Assembly (NCBI GenBank): GCA_037380845.1
Contig: JARRRI010000056.1
Span: 1 to 33,950, forward strand
Direction: 5' to 3'
DNA from: Candidatus Sulfobium sp.
GTDB lineage: Bacteria > Nitrospirota > Thermodesulfovibrionia > Thermodesulfovibrionales > UBA6898
DNA length: 33,950 nt
Shown piece by piece: positions 1-9,894 of the stretch. The notes beneath the pieces were generated by a model. The model searched no databases, was not told the origin of the DNA, and saw nothing but the letters and a program-made list of their open reading frames with translations. Position 1 is the first letter of the stretch; each line of letters begins with the position of its first letter. Both the position numbers and the translations under genes were made by a program.

Positions 1-51
1 CGGGAGTTTCCCTCCATCGTCGACTTCACTGAGCTGATGGAACACGATTAA
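1..51 (+). CDS. 3' end of an upstream gene (partial, ...REFPSIVDFTELMEHD*)
   Basis: Frame 1 is open from the window edge to TAA at 49-51; too short to identify. Confidence 0.35.
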   Translation, partial: REFPSIVDFTELMEHD

Positions 52-181
52 GCCGGCACGCTGTAAATCAATCAGGCAACCGCCCACCGGTGAGACCCGC
101 CTTCCCTGATTATCTCTGCCGGCGCTTCAACCATATTACGACCCTGCTGAAATCGGGGACAATGGGTGATATACTTCACTT

Positions 182-715
182 ATGAAGGGCTTCATGATAA
201 AGCCGGCCGCGCTCTGCCTGCTCGCGGCATTCCTGATCACAGGCAGTTCCTGCGCCATAAGACCCCGCCTGGAGGTTCAACGTGCCGCATCCGCCGGGGT
301 GAAGGGCCGCTATTCTCTCATCCTTTATGGCTGCACTCATTTCAACGACCTGAGGACCCTGGCGATCCTCGACAGGGAAGGGGACCCCTACACCATTGAA
401 CCGTACGTACCCGACTTTGACTACCGGGTCATAAAGAACCTGCCCGCACAGGAGGCCCTCAAGAGGGCGGAGAGCTTTGCCGGCGGCTGCAACTCCGACT
501 TCATGCGTTCCATGCTGAGCGTGATCCTGACTAAAGACGGCGCGGTCGCCGGATATGAATTGATGCCGCTCTACTGGGCCTATATTTACGGGGAGTCTGA
601 GGTCCTCAACACTTACTATTTCCTGCAGAAGAACAAGATAATCGCGGTCATCAAACTGAAGCACAGGGTCAGATTGATGAAAGGAAGCGGGTTCGGCGAA
701 AGAGGGGGGCGATGA
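182..715 (+). CDS. Hypothetical lipoprotein
   Basis: 177 aa ORF; basic N-terminus, hydrophobic stretch and lipobox-like ITGSSC; extended -10 (TGaTATACT, 167-175) 6 nt before the ATG. Confidence 0.7.
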   Translation: MKGFMIKPAALCLLAAFLITGSSCAIRPRLEVQRAASAGVKGRYSLILYGCTHFNDLRTLAILDREGDPYTIEPYVPDFDYRVIKNLPAQEALKRAESFAGGCNSDFMRSMLSVILTKDGAVAGYELMPLYWAYIYGESEVLNTYYFLQKNKIIAVIKLKHRVRLMKGSGFGERGGR

Positions 716-775
716 CACTTCCGGCCGCGACTTCGGTGTAGACATGGACCGTTTTCATCTGGTATGGTAAGAGCA

Positions 776-1072
776 ATGGGATGGAAAAAAACCCTTTTTG
801 ACGATGACACATCCGGTCACGATTCCATAGAGAGAACCAGGGAGGTCTTGCCATTGGAAAGGTTAAAAAACCTTGAAGAAAAAATAGCGGTAGCGGTGGA
901 GAGGGTGAAGGCATTAAAGGAGGAAAAGATCCTTCTCGAAAGAAAACTCAGGGAGTACGAGGAGATGCTGAACGAGAAGAATCAGGAAATAGAGGCGATG
1001 AAGTCCGAAAAGTCTTCAATCGGAACGCAACTGGAAGAACTCCTTACCGAGCTCGATACATATCAGGGCTGA
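776..1072 (+). CDS. zapB: Cell division protein ZapB-like coiled-coil protein
   Basis: Heptad-rich protein (LERLKNLEEKIAVAVERVKALKEEK...) directly upstream of zapA; start taken at ATG 776 (ORF track 764). Confidence 0.65.
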   Translation: MGWKKTLFDDDTSGHDSIERTREVLPLERLKNLEEKIAVAVERVKALKEEKILLERKLREYEEMLNEKNQEIEAMKSEKSSIGTQLEELLTELDTYQG

Positions 1073-1082
1073 GGGCGGACAA

Positions 1083-1349
1083 ATGGGAAGCGTGGAAGTT
1101 ACCATCCTGGGGCAGAAATACACTGTCAAGGGAGAGGCCCAGGAAGATTATATCAGGAAACTGGCGGCCTTCGTGGACGGGAAACTGAAGGAAGTATATT
1201 CCGCATCCCCCAGCATAACGCCCCTGAAGGCGGCCATCCTCGCATCATTGAACATAGCCGATGAACTGCACAAGCTTCAGGAGGCAGAGGAGAGCATCGC
1301 GAGAAACATAGAAGAAAGGGCCAACGCCCTGACCGGGCTGTTCGACTAA
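1083..1349 (+). CDS. zapA: Cell division protein ZapA
   Basis: VEVTILGQKYTVKG...YIRKLAAFVD...AILASLNIADEL is the ZapA family signature. Confidence 0.92.
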   Translation: MGSVEVTILGQKYTVKGEAQEDYIRKLAAFVDGKLKEVYSASPSITPLKAAILASLNIADELHKLQEAEESIARNIEERANALTGLFD

Positions 1350-2179
1350 ATCCTTTCCCCGTCCCGGCTGATCAGCCTCAGTATGCCCCGCGACAGTTTG
1401 ATGTTGCCGTGCTCGACGATCTTGTGGCATAAAAAACAGTCTATCTGCTTGACAGTAACGTGCTGCCTGTGAACAAATTGAGCCTCGCCGTATCTCGCTC
1501 CCCTGTCAATATGGCAGAAAAAACATTTTTCCTGGGGGACGGCCCCGCTCCCGATGATCACCGACATATGGCAGGTGTCGCAGGCAGCCCCCTTTTCAAG
1601 AGGCCCGAGATGCCTGAAAAGCCTGCCTCTGTAACGGACGTTCCTCTTTACCTTTCTGTGGCAGACCGTGCACCGGCCTTCCCGGGCGGCATCGTTCCCG
1701 GACTTCAGATGACAGAGAAAACAGACGTTGATCGATACCCGCATGTGTTCACCCTGTACGATGTCCGAGTGACAGCTCCTGCAGTGGAGTTTTATACCCC
1801 CCGGCTGTCCGGAGAAGTGAGGCTTATGGTCAAAGACGATGTTCCACCTCGTGATTATTTCCGTTGATTCCACCAGTCTTCTCTCGTGACACCCTTCCTG
1901 CAGGCAGTTCCTGTCGGGCACGTCGGTGAGCGGCCGGGGATTGTATGTCCCCACAAGAAAGCGGAACTGTCCGGCGACAGCCTTTAACGGCCCGTATTCG
2001 TGGCATTTCAGGCAGGGTACCATATGGTGTGTCGACCGCTCCCACTTGTTGTAAAAAGACTCGATAAAATGGCAGTTCCTGCATATCGACGGATTGGAGA
2101 TCATCACCTCTCTCGCGAAAAAATAACCGACAAGCAGAAATGTCAGTAGCACGCTAATGAATATGACGCTGATTTTCAT
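1346..2179 (-). CDS. Membrane-anchored multiheme cytochrome c (NapC/NirT-like N-terminus, ~9 hemes)
   Basis: One N-terminal TM helix; 8 CxxCH (CRNCH, CLKCH, CRSCH, CFLCH, CTVCH, CDTCH, CFFCH, CFLCH) plus CLQEGCH; RBS GAGGGG before ATG 2179; TATAAT at 2209-2214 on the minus strand. Confidence 0.9.
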   Translation of the reverse strand: MKISVIFISVLLTFLLVGYFFAREVMISNPSICRNCHFIESFYNKWERSTHHMVPCLKCHEYGPLKAVAGQFRFLVGTYNPRPLTDVPDRNCLQEGCHERRLVESTEIITRWNIVFDHKPHFSGQPGGIKLHCRSCHSDIVQGEHMRVSINVCFLCHLKSGNDAAREGRCTVCHRKVKRNVRYRGRLFRHLGPLEKGAACDTCHMSVIIGSGAVPQEKCFFCHIDRGARYGEAQFVHRQHVTVKQIDCFLCHKIVEHGNIKLSRGILRLISRDGERI

Positions 2180-2440
2180 GCCAATACCCCTCTTCAAAGT
2201 AAACACGTATTATACAAAATCTAACGTGACCTCTGCAGGGTTCCGAACGGAAGACTTTACTCTCCGGGCAGCGGGCGGGACAGACAGCCGTTGAGGCTGG
2301 GCCCTGTCTCCGACAACCTGTTTTTCTCCCCGGCAATTTCAGCGAAATTGCGCCTTTCGTATAATTAACAAGTTATGAACAGACATTTCACAGGAAAAAA
2401 TGTTCTAAATCAAGACATTCATATTTTTATCATTTTTGGC

Positions 2441-2469
2441 TTGACACGTACAATATCTTGTGGTTTAAT
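2441..2469 (+). promoter_or_regulatory. Sigma70 promoter of nrdJ
   Basis: TTGACA (2441-2446), 17 nt spacer, TGg-TTTAAT (2464-2469). Confidence 0.75.
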
Positions 2470-2495
2470 TTCTGAAGCCATACAAACGGTTGTAA
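2448..2495 (+). promoter_or_regulatory. Tandem NrdR boxes
   Basis: gtaCaAtATcTtGtgg (2448-2463) matches the acaCwAtATaTwGtg consensus; a degenerate second box ataCaAacggTtGtaa (2480-2495) lies 32 bp downstream; both are upstream of a ribonucleotide reductase. Confidence 0.75.
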
Positions 2496-2551
2496 TTTCT
2501 GGATTATAATAATAGACGACCTTAAAAGAAAAAAAGGGGGAGAAAAATCCG

Positions 2552-4780
2552 ATGAGACCGCTTTCGAAGACGATCAGCCTCGGCCCGAACGCATTGAAGG
2601 TTCTTGGAAAAAGATACCTGAAAAAAGATGAGGAAGGAAGGCCGACAGAGACGGCTGAAGCGCTTTTCAGGCGCGTTGCCGATACCGTAGCATCGGCCGA
2701 CCTCATTTACGGCAGGTCCGAAGCGGACGTCTCAAAGACGGCGGAGGAGTTTTACTCCATGATAACCTCCCTTGATTTTCTTCCCAACAGCCCCACTCTC
2801 ATGAACGCCGGCAGGAGGCTCGGTCAGTTGAGCGCCTGTTTCGTGCTCCCTGTCGAAGACTCCATGGAATCGATTTTCGACGCCGTGAAGAATACCGCCA
2901 TCATACACAAGTCAGGCGGGGGAACGGGCTTCAGCTTCTCCAGTCTCAGACCCGGCGGCGACATCGTGGGTTCCACGAAGGGCGTATCCTCGGGGCCCAT
3001 TTCATTCATGACCGTCTTCGACACCGCGACGGAGGCGGTAAAGCAGGGCGGAACGAGGCGCGGGGCAAATATGGGCATACTGAGGATCGACCATCCGGAC
3101 ATACTCAATTTTATTACCGCCAAAGACGATAATGCCCGTTTCAACAACTTCAATATCTCGGTAGCCATCACCGACAGCTTCATGCAGGCTGTGAAAGAAG
3201 ACAGGGAATACGACCTTGTCAACCCCCGGACGAACAAGGTGGTAAGGACCCTGAAGGCAAGGCAGGTATTCGACATGATAGTCGACCATGCGTGGAAGAA
3301 CGGAGAGCCTGGCATAGTCTTTATCGACAGGATCAACATGAACAACCCTACCCCGGAGAAAGGGCGCATAGAGTCCACCAACCCCTGCGGGGAGCAGCCC
3401 CTTCTGCCCTATGAATCCTGCAACCTCGGCTCCATAAACCTTGCCAGAATGACAAAGGACGGGACCGTTGACTACCAGAAACTCGGCAGGACCGTCCGCA
3501 CAGCCGTCCATTTCCTGGACAATGTAATCGACGTCAACAAATACCCGCTGGAAAAGATAGAGGAGACGACCAAGTCAAACAGGAAGATAGGCCTCGGCGT
3601 GATGGGCTGGGCCGACATGCTCATACAGCTGGGCATACCTTACAATTCGGACAAGGCGGTCGCACTTGCCGAAGAGGTGATGGGCTTCATCCAGAGGGAA
3701 GGCAAGAACGCTTCAACGGCCCTGGGCGGGGAGAGAGGTGTTTTCCCCAACCATGCGGGCAGCATTTATGATGGAAAGATCAATCTCAGAAACGCCACTG
3801 TAACGACCATCGCTCCCACCGGTACGCTCTCGATCATAGCCGGCTGCTCCTCCGGCGTGGAGCCGCTCTTTGCGGTATCCTTCGTCCGGAACGTCATGGA
3901 GGGAACGAAGCTCATAGAGGTCAACCCCTGTTTCGAAAAGGTCGCCAGGGAGCGGGGCTTCTGGTCGCGGGAACTCATCGAGAGGATTGCCGAGGATGGA
4001 TCGCTCCACGGTTTCGAAGAAATACCGGAGGACGTGAAGGCGGTGTTCACAACGGCCCACGACATCACTCCCATGGAGCATGTCGCCATGCAGGCCGCAT
4101 TCCAGAGGCATGTGGACAACGCGGTTTCCAAAACGGTCAACTTCCCCAAAAACGCCTCACCCAGGGATGTGGAAGACGTCTACATGTTCGCTTACAGGCT
4201 CGGGTGCAAGGGGGTCACCGTCTACCGCGACGGTTCGAGAGAGGAGCAGGTGCTCTCCACCGGCAAGACCCAAAAAGAGGTCGAACAGGTACCGGTAAAG
4301 ATCGTACCCAGAAAGAGACCGGCGACAATAAAGGGCGAGACGAGGGGTATGAAGACCGGCTGTGGGAACATATACATCACCGTTAACGAGGACGAGAACG
4401 GCCAGCTCTTCGAACTCTTCACCCATATGGGCAAGGCCGGCGGGTGCGCAGCCAGCCAGGCAGAAGCAATCGGGAGGCTGGTAAGCCTGGCCCTCCGTTC
4501 GAACATCGAACCGGAGGAGGTCATCAACCAGCTCAAGGGCATCACCTGCCACGAACAGACCTGGACCAGCGGCGGAAAGATCACCTCCTGCTCCGACGCC
4601 ATAGCAAAGGCCCTGGAAAAATATCTGGTCCGTGCAGGAAAGGGCAGTGGCAACGGTGGCAACGGTCACGGCAAGGGAGAGGTCATGCGTATAGGAGCAT
4701 GTCCGGAGTGCGGCGGTGCGGTGGAGCATGAAGGAGGTTGCGCCGTATGCCGCAGCTGCGGCTTCACGAAGTGCGGCTAG
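2552..4780 (+). CDS. nrdJ: Vitamin B12-dependent (class II) ribonucleotide reductase with C-terminal TSCPD domain and Zn ribbon
   Basis: FLPNSPTLMNAG, QLSACF, GGGTG, TNPCGEQPL, CNLGSINL, TIAPTGT; C-terminal TGCG/SCSD and CPECG...CRSCGFTKC; no small subunit or activase nearby. Confidence 0.93.
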   Translation: MRPLSKTISLGPNALKVLGKRYLKKDEEGRPTETAEALFRRVADTVASADLIYGRSEADVSKTAEEFYSMITSLDFLPNSPTLMNAGRRLGQLSACFVLPVEDSMESIFDAVKNTAIIHKSGGGTGFSFSSLRPGGDIVGSTKGVSSGPISFMTVFDTATEAVKQGGTRRGANMGILRIDHPDILNFITAKDDNARFNNFNISVAITDSFMQAVKEDREYDLVNPRTNKVVRTLKARQVFDMIVDHAWKNGEPGIVFIDRINMNNPTPEKGRIESTNPCGEQPLLPYESCNLGSINLARMTKDGTVDYQKLGRTVRTAVHFLDNVIDVNKYPLEKIEETTKSNRKIGLGVMGWADMLIQLGIPYNSDKAVALAEEVMGFIQREGKNASTALGGERGVFPNHAGSIYDGKINLRNATVTTIAPTGTLSIIAGCSSGVEPLFAVSFVRNVMEGTKLIEVNPCFEKVARERGFWSRELIERIAEDGSLHGFEEIPEDVKAVFTTAHDITPMEHVAMQAAFQRHVDNAVSKTVNFPKNASPRDVEDVYMFAYRLGCKGVTVYRDGSREEQVLSTGKTQKEVEQVPVKIVPRKRPATIKGETRGMKTGCGNIYITVNEDENGQLFELFTHMGKAGGCAASQAEAIGRLVSLALRSNIEPEEVINQLKGITCHEQTWTSGGKITSCSDAIAKALEKYLVRAGKGSGNGGNGHGKGEVMRIGACPECGGAVEHEGGCAVCRSCGFTKCG

Positions 4781-4796
4781 GGGAAAGAGGGCGGAT

Positions 4797-5177
4797 ATGA
4801 AGGGTTATGCTCATGCATGTATAGCGTATATCGTGGGACGGCTGATAGCCGGCAAGAATGTCACATCTATTTATGATTACGCACGGTCCTGTGAGATCGA
4901 CGTCTCGGGGCTTCCCGACGAGAGATGTCTGAAGAGTTTCACATGTGTCAACTGGAGCTACCTGTCACAGTCTCCGAATATCTTCAGATACCGCTTCTCC
5001 TGCAATGCCGGCCATTTTATCGATCTTTCCGTGAAAGGCAACACCTTCATCGGATATGTCCGCGACAGCTCCTCTCATTTCATGGGCAATGTCAGGGGCG
5101 ACGCCGTCTACCTGTACGACCATAAGGAAGCGACCCACTTTAACTACAGGATATCCGGCAGCGCATTGTCGCACTGA
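4797..5177 (+). CDS. Conserved hypothetical protein (Tyr/Gly-rich, predicted beta-rich)
   Basis: ATG 4797 after GAGGG; AYIVGRLI...IYDY...HFMGNV..DAVYLYDH pattern. Confidence 0.65.
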   Translation: MKGYAHACIAYIVGRLIAGKNVTSIYDYARSCEIDVSGLPDERCLKSFTCVNWSYLSQSPNIFRYRFSCNAGHFIDLSVKGNTFIGYVRDSSSHFMGNVRGDAVYLYDHKEATHFNYRISGSALSH

Positions 5178-5315
5178 TGACTAAAAACAGTTCCAAACTG
5201 AGGCACCCCCACCATGTAAATCTTCGACATTTCCATCTGAAAACAGTAGCATTTCCGGATGTAATTCATTATGCTATATAAAAATCATCTCTAATAATTC
5301 AAGGAGGAAGGGATT

Positions 5316-5606
5316 ATGGCAAAGGCGATGACAAAATCTCAGATTGCGGATCACCTTGCAAAGAAGGCTGAACTGAAGAAGGTGCAGGCGGTGACGGTAC
5401 TTGACGAATTGGCGAAGCTCGCCTACAAGGAGGCCAAGAACTCTTTTACGGTTCCCGGAATCGGAAAGATTGTTCTCGTTCAGCGCAAGGCCCGCAAGGG
5501 GAGGAACCCTCAGACCGGCGAGACGATCAAGATACCCGCCAAGAAGGTCGTGAAGTTCCGCGTCGCAAAGGCAGCCAAGGACGCCATTCTCGGCAAAAAG
5601 AAATAA
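5316..5606 (+). CDS. hup: HU-family histone-like DNA-binding protein
   Basis: MTKSQIADHLA...RKARKGRNPQTGETIKIPAKKVVKF; strong RBS AGGAGG. Confidence 0.95.
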   Translation: MAKAMTKSQIADHLAKKAELKKVQAVTVLDELAKLAYKEAKNSFTVPGIGKIVLVQRKARKGRNPQTGETIKIPAKKVVKFRVAKAAKDAILGKKK

Positions 5607-5630
5607 CCCTCCGGAAGCGGAGAAGTCTCC

Positions 5631-5660
5631 GAAAAGGCATCCCGTTCGGGGTGCCTTTTC
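5631..5660 (+). terminator. Rho-independent terminator after hup
   Basis: GAAAAGGCATCCC-GTTC-GGGGTGCCTTTTC hairpin ending in a T-run. Confidence 0.75.
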
Positions 5661-5723
5661 CTTGGGATGATAATTGGGTCCGGGACGCCCGAGTTCCGGC
5701 GGCCCTATTTATGAAGCACACAC

Positions 5724-5978
5724 GTGAAAGAACGGCTTGAGCAGGACAATAAGAAGCAACTGGCTGAAATCCTTGATGGGCTGCAATGCCCGAAGGGTTT
5801 TGTTTGTTACACCTCCGGGCAGGAGCGCCTTTGCAAAGCAGAAGATATCGGGCTGGAATCTTTTCTTGTGTGTCTGGAGAAAAACCAGGAGGACTGCAGG
5901 TTCTCCGTCGTTTTCGGGGGTATGCATTTTTGCCAGTGCCCTCTTCGCATCTACATAGCCAGAAAGCTGAACAGGTAA
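5724..5978 (+). CDS. Small Cys-rich hypothetical protein (7 Cys)
   Basis: 84 aa; CPKGFVC...LC...VC...DC...FCQC; start codon uncertain. Confidence 0.65.
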   Translation: MKERLEQDNKKQLAEILDGLQCPKGFVCYTSGQERLCKAEDIGLESFLVCLEKNQEDCRFSVVFGGMHFCQCPLRIYIARKLNR

Positions 5979-5981
5979 TTC

Positions 5982-6158
5982 CTACTCGGCAGACACCGCC
6001 TCTTCTTCTCCCTCACCTTCTTCTGACGGCGTCCCGGCTTCCCCTTCGGGGTACGTGTTTTTCTGGATTCGTTTCTGCCTTTTCATCTCCTGTTTCTTCT
6101 GTCTCATCAATTCTTTCTTCCTCTTCTCACTCTTGTATGCTCCCTTCCTTTTGGCCAA
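5982..6158 (-). CDS. Small highly charged hypothetical protein (58 aa)
   Basis: TTG start at 6158 behind AGGAGG; Lys/Arg-rich N-half (AYKSEKRKKELMRQKKQEMKRQKR) and acidic tail. Confidence 0.7.
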   Translation of the reverse strand: MAKRKGAYKSEKRKKELMRQKKQEMKRQKRIQKNTYPEGEAGTPSEEGEGEEEAVSAE

Positions 6159-6368
6159 AAAATTCCTCCTTCCGTTATTTTTTTCTGCCGGCAGGGTCAT
6201 TCAGCTGGTAAACTGACGCCAAAACCCGTCACCTGCCGCTGCAACGGCAACCAGGGGAAAAAAACAAGCCTGGCAGTGAAGTGATCCTGTTCCGACCGTA
6301 TTCCCGTTGTCCCCTTGCGCCTTTCTTCAGTATATCACACTTGCTTCCAGCGGGAGACTTCCGGCAGC

Positions 6369-7622
6369 CTATTCCCTTTCCCTCCTGATGTCCGCCCCCA
6401 GTTTCTGCAGCTTTTCTTCGATCCTCTCATATCCTCTGTCGAGATGATAAATCCTGCTTACGGTAGTCTCTCCATCGGCGGCCAGGGCTGCGATTATGAG
6501 TGAGGCACTGGCCCTGAGATCCGTTGCCATCAGCGGAGCTCCCTTGAGCCTCTCCACACCCTTCACCGTCGCCATGCCGCCCTCGATAGTGATATCGGCC
6601 CCCATCCGCCTCAGTTCCGCAACGTGCATGAATCTGTTCTCAAAAACACTCTCGGATATGACGCTCGTACCGTCTGCGATGCACATCATGCCCATGAACT
6701 GGGCCTGCATGTCCGTAGGAAATCCGGGATAGGGCATAGTCTTTGTGTTCTCCGATTTCAGACGCCCGGGACCTTCAGCCCTTATTCCGTCCCTGACCGG
6801 CCTGAAAGTCATCCCGGTGTCGCGCAGCTTATTTATCAGGGCGTCCAGGTGCTCCGGCCTGCAGCGCCTGATCGTCACGTCCCCGCCCGTGATGCCGGCA
6901 GCCGCCATGAAAGTCCCCGCCTCTATCCTGTCGGGTATGATCGTGTGTCTGAGAGGCCTCAAACCCGCAACTCCTTCTATCTCGATTATGCTTCCGCCGG
7001 CCCCCTTTATCTTCGCACCCATCGAGACAAGCGCCTGCGCCAGATCTACCACCTCGGGTTCTCTGGCCGCATTCTCTATGAGCGTCTTCCCTTCGGCCAG
7101 CACAGCCGCCATCATGATGTTCTCGGTCCCCGTCACTGTAGGTATGTCAAAGTAGATCGATGTCCCTCTTAATTTTCTGGCCTTCACAATCACATAACCC
7201 GAATCGAGTTTTACGGACGCCCCCATCTTCTCCAGCCCCATCAGATGGAGGTTGATGGGCCGCGCCCCTATCGCGCACCCCCCCGGCAGGGAGACCTTCG
7301 CCTTGCCGAGCCTCGCAACCAGAGGGCCCAGTACAAGCACCGAGGCCCTCATGGTACTGACCAGTTCGTAAGGCGCCTCAAAGCGGTTTATGCTGCTGCA
7401 GTCCAGGATGGCAAGATTTTTTTCCAGGTGGTAGCCCGCCCCCAGGTCTGCCAGAAGCCTTCCCATGGTCGAGATATCCCTGAGATGAGGGACCGAGTCC
7501 ATATAATGCTCCCCGGGAGCCAGAAGGGTCGCAGCCATGATGGGCAGCGCGGCATTCTTTGCTCCGCTTATCTTGACCGTGCCTTTGAGTCTCTTCCCGC
7601 CTCTTACGACCAGCCTGTCCAA
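6369..7622 (-). CDS. murA: UDP-N-acetylglucosamine 1-carboxyvinyltransferase
   Basis: [45 protein letters not shown] start 7622 behind GGGAGG gives 417 aa. Confidence 0.97.
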   Translation of the reverse strand: MDRLVVRGGKRLKGTVKISGAKNAALPIMAATLLAPGEHYMDSVPHLRDISTMGRLLADLGAGYHLEKNLAILDCSSINRFEAPYELVSTMRASVLVLGPLVARLGKAKVSLPGGCAIGARPINLHLMGLEKMGASVKLDSGYVIVKARKLRGTSIYFDIPTVTGTENIMMAAVLAEGKTLIENAAREPEVVDLAQALVSMGAKIKGAGGSIIEIEGVAGLRPLRHTIIPDRIEAGTFMAAAGITGGDVTIRRCRPEHLDALINKLRDTGMTFRPVRDGIRAEGPGRLKSENTKTMPYPGFPTDMQAQFMGMMCIADGTSVISESVFENRFMHVAELRRMGADITIEGGMATVKGVERLKGAPLMATDLRASASLIIAALAADGETTVSRIYHLDRGYERIEEKLQKLGADIRRERE

Positions 7623-7764
7623 AAGTAACCTCCCGATGACTTCACTTATTGTATCCAAAAACAGCATCACTTATAAACAAAGCGGCCGGGACGGTCATCA
7701 TCAGCCGTCAATTCTCGCGGAGCAGCGATTGAACAATCTCCCGGAGGTGGCATAAAATAACCTC

Positions 7765-8727
7765 ATGAGAGCCGTACTTTTTGACGGAACACTCAGATTT
7801 CCGGAGGACTATCCCATGCCCCTTCCGGAAGAAAATGAGGCCCTGGTAAAGGTCCTTATGGCCGGAATCTGTAACACCGATATCGAAATCACCAGGGGTT
7901 ACAGCGGATTCGAAGGAGTCATGGGGCACGAATTTGTGGGAGTCGTGGAACGTATAAACGACCCGGATCGCGGGCTGGCCGGAAAGAGGGTGGTAGGCGA
8001 GATCAACTGCGGCTGCGGGAAGTGCGATTACTGCCTTAAAGGCCTGAAGAACCACTGCGTCCGCAGGCGCGTCGTGGGAATAGTCGACAGAGACGGAGCC
8101 TTGGCCGATTATATGACTTTACCCATCGAAAACCTGATAGAGGTTCCGGGAAACCTGACCGACGAGGAGGCCGTTTTTACAGAGCCCCTTGCGGCCGCCT
8201 TCGAGATCATGGAACAGGTCTGTATCAGACCAACCGACCGGGTCATGGTCCTCGGAGACGGAAAGCTCGGCCTCCTTGCCTCGCTCGTGCTTTGCGCCTT
8301 CCATGACGACATCAGCCTTGCCGGAAGGCACGAGTCCAAGCTGAAGATCGCCGGGAAGCAGGGCGTCAGGACCTTTCTCTCCAGCGAGGGACGGGTAGAG
8401 AAGGCATATGATATCGTCATTGAAGCCACCGGAACGGCGGAAGGGCTTGAGACTGCGCTCAGCATGACCAAGCCCCGGGGCGTCATAGTCCTGAAAAGCA
8501 CCGTGGCCGCCGGGAAGGTGATGAACCTTTTCCCCGTGGTGGTCGACGAAGTAACCGTAGTGGGCTCCAGATGCGGACCTTTCCGCCCTGCCCTGTCGGC
8601 CTTGTCCCAAAAGCGCATAGACGTAAGGCCCCTCGTAACAGGCATCTATACGTTCGACAGGGCGGAGGAGGCCTTCCGGAAGGCGAAAGACAGGGAGTCC
8701 CTGAAGGTTATCATCGATTTCAGATGA
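7765..8727 (+). CDS. Zinc-dependent alcohol dehydrogenase (MDR family)
   Basis: GICNTD, GHEFVG, structural Zn site CGKCDYC...C, GDGKLG nucleotide-binding motif, GSRCG. Confidence 0.9.
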   Translation: MRAVLFDGTLRFPEDYPMPLPEENEALVKVLMAGICNTDIEITRGYSGFEGVMGHEFVGVVERINDPDRGLAGKRVVGEINCGCGKCDYCLKGLKNHCVRRRVVGIVDRDGALADYMTLPIENLIEVPGNLTDEEAVFTEPLAAAFEIMEQVCIRPTDRVMVLGDGKLGLLASLVLCAFHDDISLAGRHESKLKIAGKQGVRTFLSSEGRVEKAYDIVIEATGTAEGLETALSMTKPRGVIVLKSTVAAGKVMNLFPVVVDEVTVVGSRCGPFRPALSALSQKRIDVRPLVTGIYTFDRAEEAFRKAKDRESLKVIIDFR

Positions 8728-8821
8728 CGAGAAAGCATTTCCGTATTATCCGTTATCACCGTTCACCCGCGATTAACTGATGCAGGTGAAGGGGTCCCGG
8801 AAGATGTGTTATATTTTAATC

Positions 8822-8980
8822 ATGAGGCAGTTCATGGTATTCGAGGATGATGATGGCCAGTGGGTCGTGGAATGTGCGGAGTTGCCCGGTTACCAGGCCA
8901 GGGGCCGGACCAGGGAAGAGGCCATCGAAAAAATGAAATCCGCCCTCCTCATCTTCTATCCCTGCAGGTGCGAAGACTGA
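8822..8980 (+). CDS. HicB-like (UPF0150) small protein, no adjacent HicA
   Basis: EDDDGQWVVECAELPGYQARGRTREEAIEKMKSAL matches the HicB N-terminal fold; extended -10 6 nt before ATG 8822. Confidence 0.7.
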   Translation: MRQFMVFEDDDGQWVVECAELPGYQARGRTREEAIEKMKSALLIFYPCRCED

Positions 8981-9858
8981 GGGCCTGACGCAGTTTCAGC
9001 GGTAAGCACCCTCTTTATTCCGGCCATATCTTCCCTGATGTCTATTTTCCCGAATCCCGCCTTTTCAGCCATCTCCGCCACCTCACCGGCCTGCCCGAAC
9101 CCCAGTTCCAGGACAACAGCCCCACTTTTCTTCAAATGGCCCCGGGCCCTTGAAAAGATCTTCCTGTAAAAATCGAGACCATCGGGACCACCGTCAAGCG
9201 CAGCCACCGGTTCCCATTCCCTGATCTCTCTCTGTAGCCCGTTTAAGTCGGAAGTAACTATATACGGCGGGTTCGAAATGATAAGGTCGAAGAGCTGCAT
9301 ACCCTCTGCCGGCTCATAGAGTGAACCTTTCATAAAAGTGGCGTTCGCAATCCCGTTGATCTCCGCGTTCCTCACCGCATACCTGATGGCTGCTTCCGAA
9401 ATGTCGGTCCCAAAAACAGCTGCGTCGGGGAACTCTCTTCCGAGCGCCAGCGAAATGCAGCCGCTCCCGCTGCAGAGATCAAGGATCCTGAGAGCGGCCC
9501 GCCGCCCCGGGCCTGAAGGCGACCCGCTGAAATTTCGGAGCAGACGTATCCCCTCCTGGGCGACGAGTTCCGTTTCCGGCCTGGGAATCAGTACCCCTTT
9601 TCCCACCTCTATCCTGAGGCCCAGGAAATCCACTGATCCCAAAATATACTGGACCGGCTCCCCTGCCGCCCTCCTCCCAAGGAGTCCTGTAATCTCCGTC
9701 TGCACGGCATCGTCGACCTCCGGATTGTCCCTGTAGGCAGTCATCCTGTCGATGCCCGTGAAATGCAGGACCAGCAGTTCCGCGTCCGCCCCCGCATCGC
9801 TCACTCCCGCTTTGTCCAGATAGTGAGTAGCGGACCTCATTATATCCAGCACACGCAC
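8956..9858 (-). CDS. prmC: Release factor glutamine methyltransferase PrmC/HemK
   Basis: GEPVQYILG, VLIPRPETE, LDLCSGSGCI, SNPPY; downstream of prfA. Confidence 0.95.
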   Translation of the reverse strand: MRVLDIMRSATHYLDKAGVSDAGADAELLVLHFTGIDRMTAYRDNPEVDDAVQTEITGLLGRRAAGEPVQYILGSVDFLGLRIEVGKGVLIPRPETELVAQEGIRLLRNFSGSPSGPGRRAALRILDLCSGSGCISLALGREFPDAAVFGTDISEAAIRYAVRNAEINGIANATFMKGSLYEPAEGMQLFDLIISNPPYIVTSDLNGLQREIREWEPVAALDGGPDGLDFYRKIFSRARGHLKKSGAVVLELGFGQAGEVAEMAEKAGFGKIDIREDMAGIKRVLTAETASGPQSSHLQG

Positions 9859-9894
9859 GAGACCACCTTAACCACTCACCGCCCTCAGACAAGT

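Noticed and set aside
2220..2400. Possible 6S RNA or cobalamin riboswitch upstream of nrdJ
   Set aside because: No recognisable B12-box or long 6S-type rod by eye; would need an Infernal search
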